NCBI GenBank assembly: GCA_043228905.1
Contig: JBHGNT010000124.1
Coordinates: forward strand, 1 to 64,000
DNA from: Azolla caroliniana
Lineage: Eukaryota > Plantae > Polypodiophyta
DNA length: 64,000 nucleotides
Reading direction: 5' to 3'
The notes below the pieces were generated by a model. It was given only the letters and a program-made list of their open reading frames with translations, did no database searches and was not told the origin of the DNA. Shown in pieces: positions 59,301 through 64,000 of the stretch (within the stretch, counting starts at the first letter, position 1; every line of letters begins with the position of its first letter). Both the position numbers and the translations under genes were made by a program.

Positions 59301-61048
59301 GCAAGTTGTATAACCATCAACATTTTCTATCTTGTTGAATCACATATATTGTGAAGGGTTTCTTTGAAGGTTCAAGGGATCACATTCCTTTAGTGTCTTT
59401 GAGCATATCCCAGTGTTTATCAACCAAAGTTCCATATTCCTTATGAAGGATATTCAAATAGAAAATATTTTTGTATTCTAAGGATAATGATTTCGGTATC
59501 TTTTCATAGAAGCAAAACTCCCTTTGGAAATGAATCACTTCTAATATAAGCTAGTAATAAAGTATCTTTGACTCATTTTGTATTGATGAACGCAATCAAA
59601 CATACTTTCCCCTTAACTATATCAATAAATATGGTGAATTGTGCGTATAAATACGGTCAATAGACGAACATGGCCAAATGTTGAAAGCTTTTAAACAATG
59701 GCACCTACTATTGGTTTTTATAAAATATGTTGTTGTTATTGTATTGATCGTGCTAGGGACATAACAAGCATATCAATCAGAACTATAAATGAAACCATCA
59801 TTCTCGAGCTAATTAATCATCAATGGCCATTGAATCAGTTGAACTTCGACCAAGTCTAGTTTATTGTTACTTGGAATTCAAAACACGTGTACTTGTTCAA
59901 GTTTTAACAAATGAGGTCGGATTCAAGCTAATACCATTAAAATAGTATCATTTTAAGTTATAATACATTACTTGAAGCACATGAGCACCTCACCTCTTTT
60001 TTTTATGAAAGGGTGTGGCAATATGCCCTCCATTTTTGGACCTTTCTTGTCCAAACCCCATTGCCCAATCAAATGCATAAATGACACCATTGTCTTACAT
60101 TCACCTAGGTAATGTACTAACACAAATTATTAAGTTTTTTATAGGGTTGTTGAAGGGATACATGTATATAGTGTGAAAACATTTGAACGAGTAAATGTAC
60201 ATGGAGAGAGGCAGTAGTACATAATGGTTTTATGTCCTCGAAAATATTTCTTTGATAGTATGTTTTTGTCCCCCTTTAGAAATTGAGCCATACGTTTACA
60301 AAGAAATACGTGAGAACCAAGTGGACATTTCAAAATCTTGGCAATATATATTAGCTTTTGATGTTTTACGATTACGATTAACTGTTATTATTATTGTGAT
60401 GATGACCATAGTTCGTTTTGTAATGGACATGTATAATTTGCTTCATCCGAAGTGTTACAGATGCGATGACAAGCCACTTACATGTGATTTTCGAGCACAT
60501 ACAAAGTAGATGCGCATATGTAGCACATACAAATACATGTCAAGCAAGCAAGTGTAATTAAGAGGCCTCTTTTAAAAAGAAAAAGAAAAGACAACACAAC
60601 TTCCATGATCCGTGCATTAATTAACAATCAATAGTAACAAAAACTGAACAAAATGACATGTGTCACGCTCTAATTTGGCAAGGAATATGCTTTGATAGAA
60701 GAGAATGCAAAAACCAAAGGCATTAAAAGAAACTTTGATGACAAAACCAAAAGTTGTTCTCTTCCTTCTTCTTCAATTCTTTTAGATTTTATACCACCCC
60801 AACCCCCCAATTAATTTCCCCATCAAATGTGTTTTTTTAGAATTTCTACCGTTTCCAAAATTAGTTTTGTTTTTTTAGAGATGCCCAAATAAATGAAAAG
60901 AAGAAAAGCATTAGTGTAAGTAACCACGTATGTGGGTTCATGCATTAAAAGGTAACAACTACTCATGTGACTCAAACAAAAACATTCATCATTTTCTTTG
61001 ACACCCATCCCAAGTTGTATCCTCATCCATTCCAAGAGGTCTCTGGAG

Positions 61049-63803
61049 ATGGTTGTTGGGCATTATGGCACCCACTCCCGCGGCATCACCACCACCACCA
61101 CCGGTAACCCTTGTCACCCTCACTCACTTACTCATTACCCTCCTAATCTTGTCTCTTCACCCGAATTCATTTTTTATTCAACATTAAAATTATTCACTAT
61201 ATATCCTAATTCTTAACATTCTCAGAGTGTATTTTGGTTAGGGTTTGATACATCATACATTTTGCTTTAATGCTTGCATGGCGTTTGATTATGTAATTTC
61301 TTAACATTCTCTGAGTGTGTGTTGGTTAGGGTTTGATATATCATACATTTGCATTAATGCTTGTGCGGTGTTTGATTGTGTGTCCATGTCTTTCGATCAT
61401 TTTTTGTACAATTTACTACGCGGTGTAATTCTTAACATTCTCTGAGTGTGTGTTGGTTATGCTTTAGTACATTGTACATTTGGTTTAACTTGTGCACGAC
61501 GTTTATTGTGTGTGATCTCTTCCATACATTTTTTGTGCAATTCGCTACATAATGGAGTTCTTAACATTCTCTGAGACCATGTTGGTTACGGTTTGATACA
61601 TTATACATTTGATTTAACTCTTGTGTGGCGTTTGATTGTGTGTCCATTTCTTTCTTGCATTTTTGTACAATTTAATGAACTTCGCCCTTGGTGATATGAA
61701 CGCCTCCAACGACCAACATCACACCCCACTATGACTAAATTAAATAAGTTTAATGAACATACATGTCAACAAGCGAGAAGATAGAATGTAGAAAATGAGA
61801 ATGCCAACTAGGGTTTAGTGTTTATGTTCGATAATATGGTTCTCCTAGTTGCTTGGAGCTTACAAATAACTGCTCAAATGTCTCGATACACAACTTATGC
61901 ATCATTTTTTCTTGCAATTCCACCCTATGTGAAGACCTATTTCATGTTCCCCACTTGATGCTTTGGAAAGAGAGATGATGATAATGATTAATTATTGTTC
62001 GTTAGAGGCCATTAAGCATGTGGTAAGGACTTAGGGTTTGATTTGACAAATTACATCAAGGAGATGTGGTATGTTGATGCATTGCATAACCTATCCAAAA
62101 GGCAAGGCTCCATTAAAGTGTTATCATTTTATTTTAGGTGTTTATGCTCACACATACTTTGAGTCTATATGTATTTGTTACCCATTAGTAATCTCGAAAC
62201 TTTGTAAACTTTTGTTCTTCATAGGCATATAATGTTACGTGAAATCTGGATGCCCTTTTGTGACGACTAATATATATAATCTCTAAATTGTTTATTAAGA
62301 GAGAATGCATTGTATGGTTTATCCACAACAAATGACCTAAATAAGCACCATGCTTTGTTGTTTATGAACATTTGAGTATGTATTGCCTCTTCAACTTCAA
62401 TAATTCCCATTCGTAAGATGCCGAATTACTCCTAGCTCTACACATAATCACAAGCTAAAGTAAAAGAAAACATATCAAATTGTAACCATCAAAAAAAGTT
62501 TAGTTGTTCATTTGTGTTTTTCTTATGTGATTGGGTGAAATCTTCGTGTACAAAACAACAAATCCGCTAGAAGAGGCACTTGCCAAAGTTAATCAGTACA
62601 AAACGTTTTCATACATCAAAGCTTGGGAAGATAAGGAGAGAGCAAGTGCCAACAATAGGTAAACAAATCAATTTCTTACTCATAACATGTTTGTTCATTG
62701 TTTCCTCCATTTATTAATACACATATTTGACCTCAACTGAAATAAATTGACAATACCTTTGATAGGTTCGAAAAGGCAGCAACTAAAGTAGAGTCTTGGG
62801 AAAATGGTCAAAAGGTTGCAATTGAATCAAGGGCAAGACAATCTATTGTAATTTTCAACACTTGTGGACACTTCATAAGTTTGACATAATCACATAGCAA
62901 TGTGTGTGCTCACCAATAATACCATATAACGTTGTTTCAACTTCAATAATTGGATGCCAATGAATGCCTATATTTGATTGGCAAATAAGGATTTGCAACC
63001 CAATGTTTGCACGAACACAGACAAACCCATGGACTCAAAAATCGGCTTGCAACAAAGTAGATTCTCCCTCACAAACAAATAGATTTACCAAGCCACTATG
63101 TATGGCTGGGGCTTGGGTTCTACAATCATCTAGCACTAATTACAAATTGTTCATCATCCCACTTAGCATCTCGTCTTTTAGCCTCTAGCACGAGCTTATA
63201 CACATGACTCCAATTTAAACTGCAATAAATGTGATATGGTAACTTTGTATTGGCCTTAGTGCCCTTACAATGAATCCATTTAATGCCAAGAGTATATGGT
63301 ACGAACTCGAGGAGGGGGAGTTTGCTTTATTTATCGACCCTAATTATGGATGACCTTGGGAGTATATGATTGTACAAAGGGACACACATATATATCCATC
63401 TATTATTACTAGTCCTAAGCGACGTTTCATGCCATCAACAATCATCCAAAGAAGGCGTGGCGTGCACGTATATTGCACGATCATAATATTTATGAATTGC
63501 CAAAATGTATATGCACAATTTATTTTTTTGTTTAGGTAGTAAAATATTATATGTTACAACGTGACACTCTTTTGCTAACATAGCCCTAACATATAGGAAG
63601 ACTTGGAGAGGAAAAGGGCTGCCATACTAGAGAGAATGAGAAATGAAAGTGCAGAGGTTCATAGGGTGGCCCAACAAAAGATGGCAAAAGCAGAAGCTCA
63701 AAGACGGCAAGAATATGTGAGAATTGATGAAGAGGCAACTCGATATCGTAATGAAGGGCAAAAGCCAGTAAAAAATCTCATATGTTTTGAATTTTGCTCA
63801 TGA
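61049..63803 (+). CDS. Remorin (short, ~143 aa). Exons 61049-61103 (tentative), 62571-62658, 62766-62847, 63597-63803.
   Basis: GT-AG introns with consistent phases 1, 2, 0. Translation EEALAKV..SYIKAWEDKERASANNRFEK..VESWENGQK..EDLERKRA..ERMRNE..VHRVAQQK..AEAQR..EEATRYR..LICFEFCS is a Remorin_C coiled coil with a Cys-containing tail. Confidence 0.85.
61210..61675. repeat. Intronic tandem repeat, 4 units of ~90-130 bp starting TTCTTAACATTCTC.GAG
   Basis: Unit starts at about 61211, 61298, 61429 and 61558. Confidence 0.85.
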
Positions 63804-64000
63804 TGAAGCTACAATATACTCTCATCCTAGAAGGAAGATCCATATTCTAGCCATGGGTAATATAATCTCCAAAAGAACTCTTGCAACATTTAATGTAATA
63901 TTGTGAAGAATGTATATAAAATATTGTAAGGACGTTGCTTCATACTGTGCAATCATTGTGTGTGTGTATTTGTTTTCCATGCTCGAGCAACAAGCTAATA

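Noticed and set aside
56850-60900. Short ORFs and a small imperfect direct repeat (~58965-59160) in the intergenic region
   Set aside because: No recognisable protein motifs or element boundaries.

Overview
Eukaryotic plant DNA. The transposon families and spliceosomal introns suggest a non-seed plant such as a fern or lycophyte (inference). About 1-49 kb is a deeply nested retrotransposon cluster. It holds a near-intact tRNA-iMet-primed chromovirus (5173-12214), a full-length Ty1/copia (20330-36941), a decayed Tcn1-like chromovirus, several solo LTRs, and a full-length L1-type LINE inside an older LINE. It also holds at least six members of a tRNA-Trp-primed Ty3/gypsy group with TGTCG...CGACA termini: one autonomous-type element, one gag-only element with apparently identical LTRs, two non-coding elements, and solo or partial LTRs. 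The last ~12 kb holds two divergent host genes, a DUF1645-type protein with a large His/Met-rich repeat insert and a very short 4-exon remorin. Main unexplained signals: (1) the Trp-primed group makes 4-bp TSDs centred on CpG; (2) three different LTR families carry antisense tRNA-like (Pol III A/B-box) modules near the start of U3; (3) a regularly spaced five-hairpin array lies in a putative leader intron of the intact chromovirus. All coordinates and comparisons were made by eye, with no alignments or database searches.
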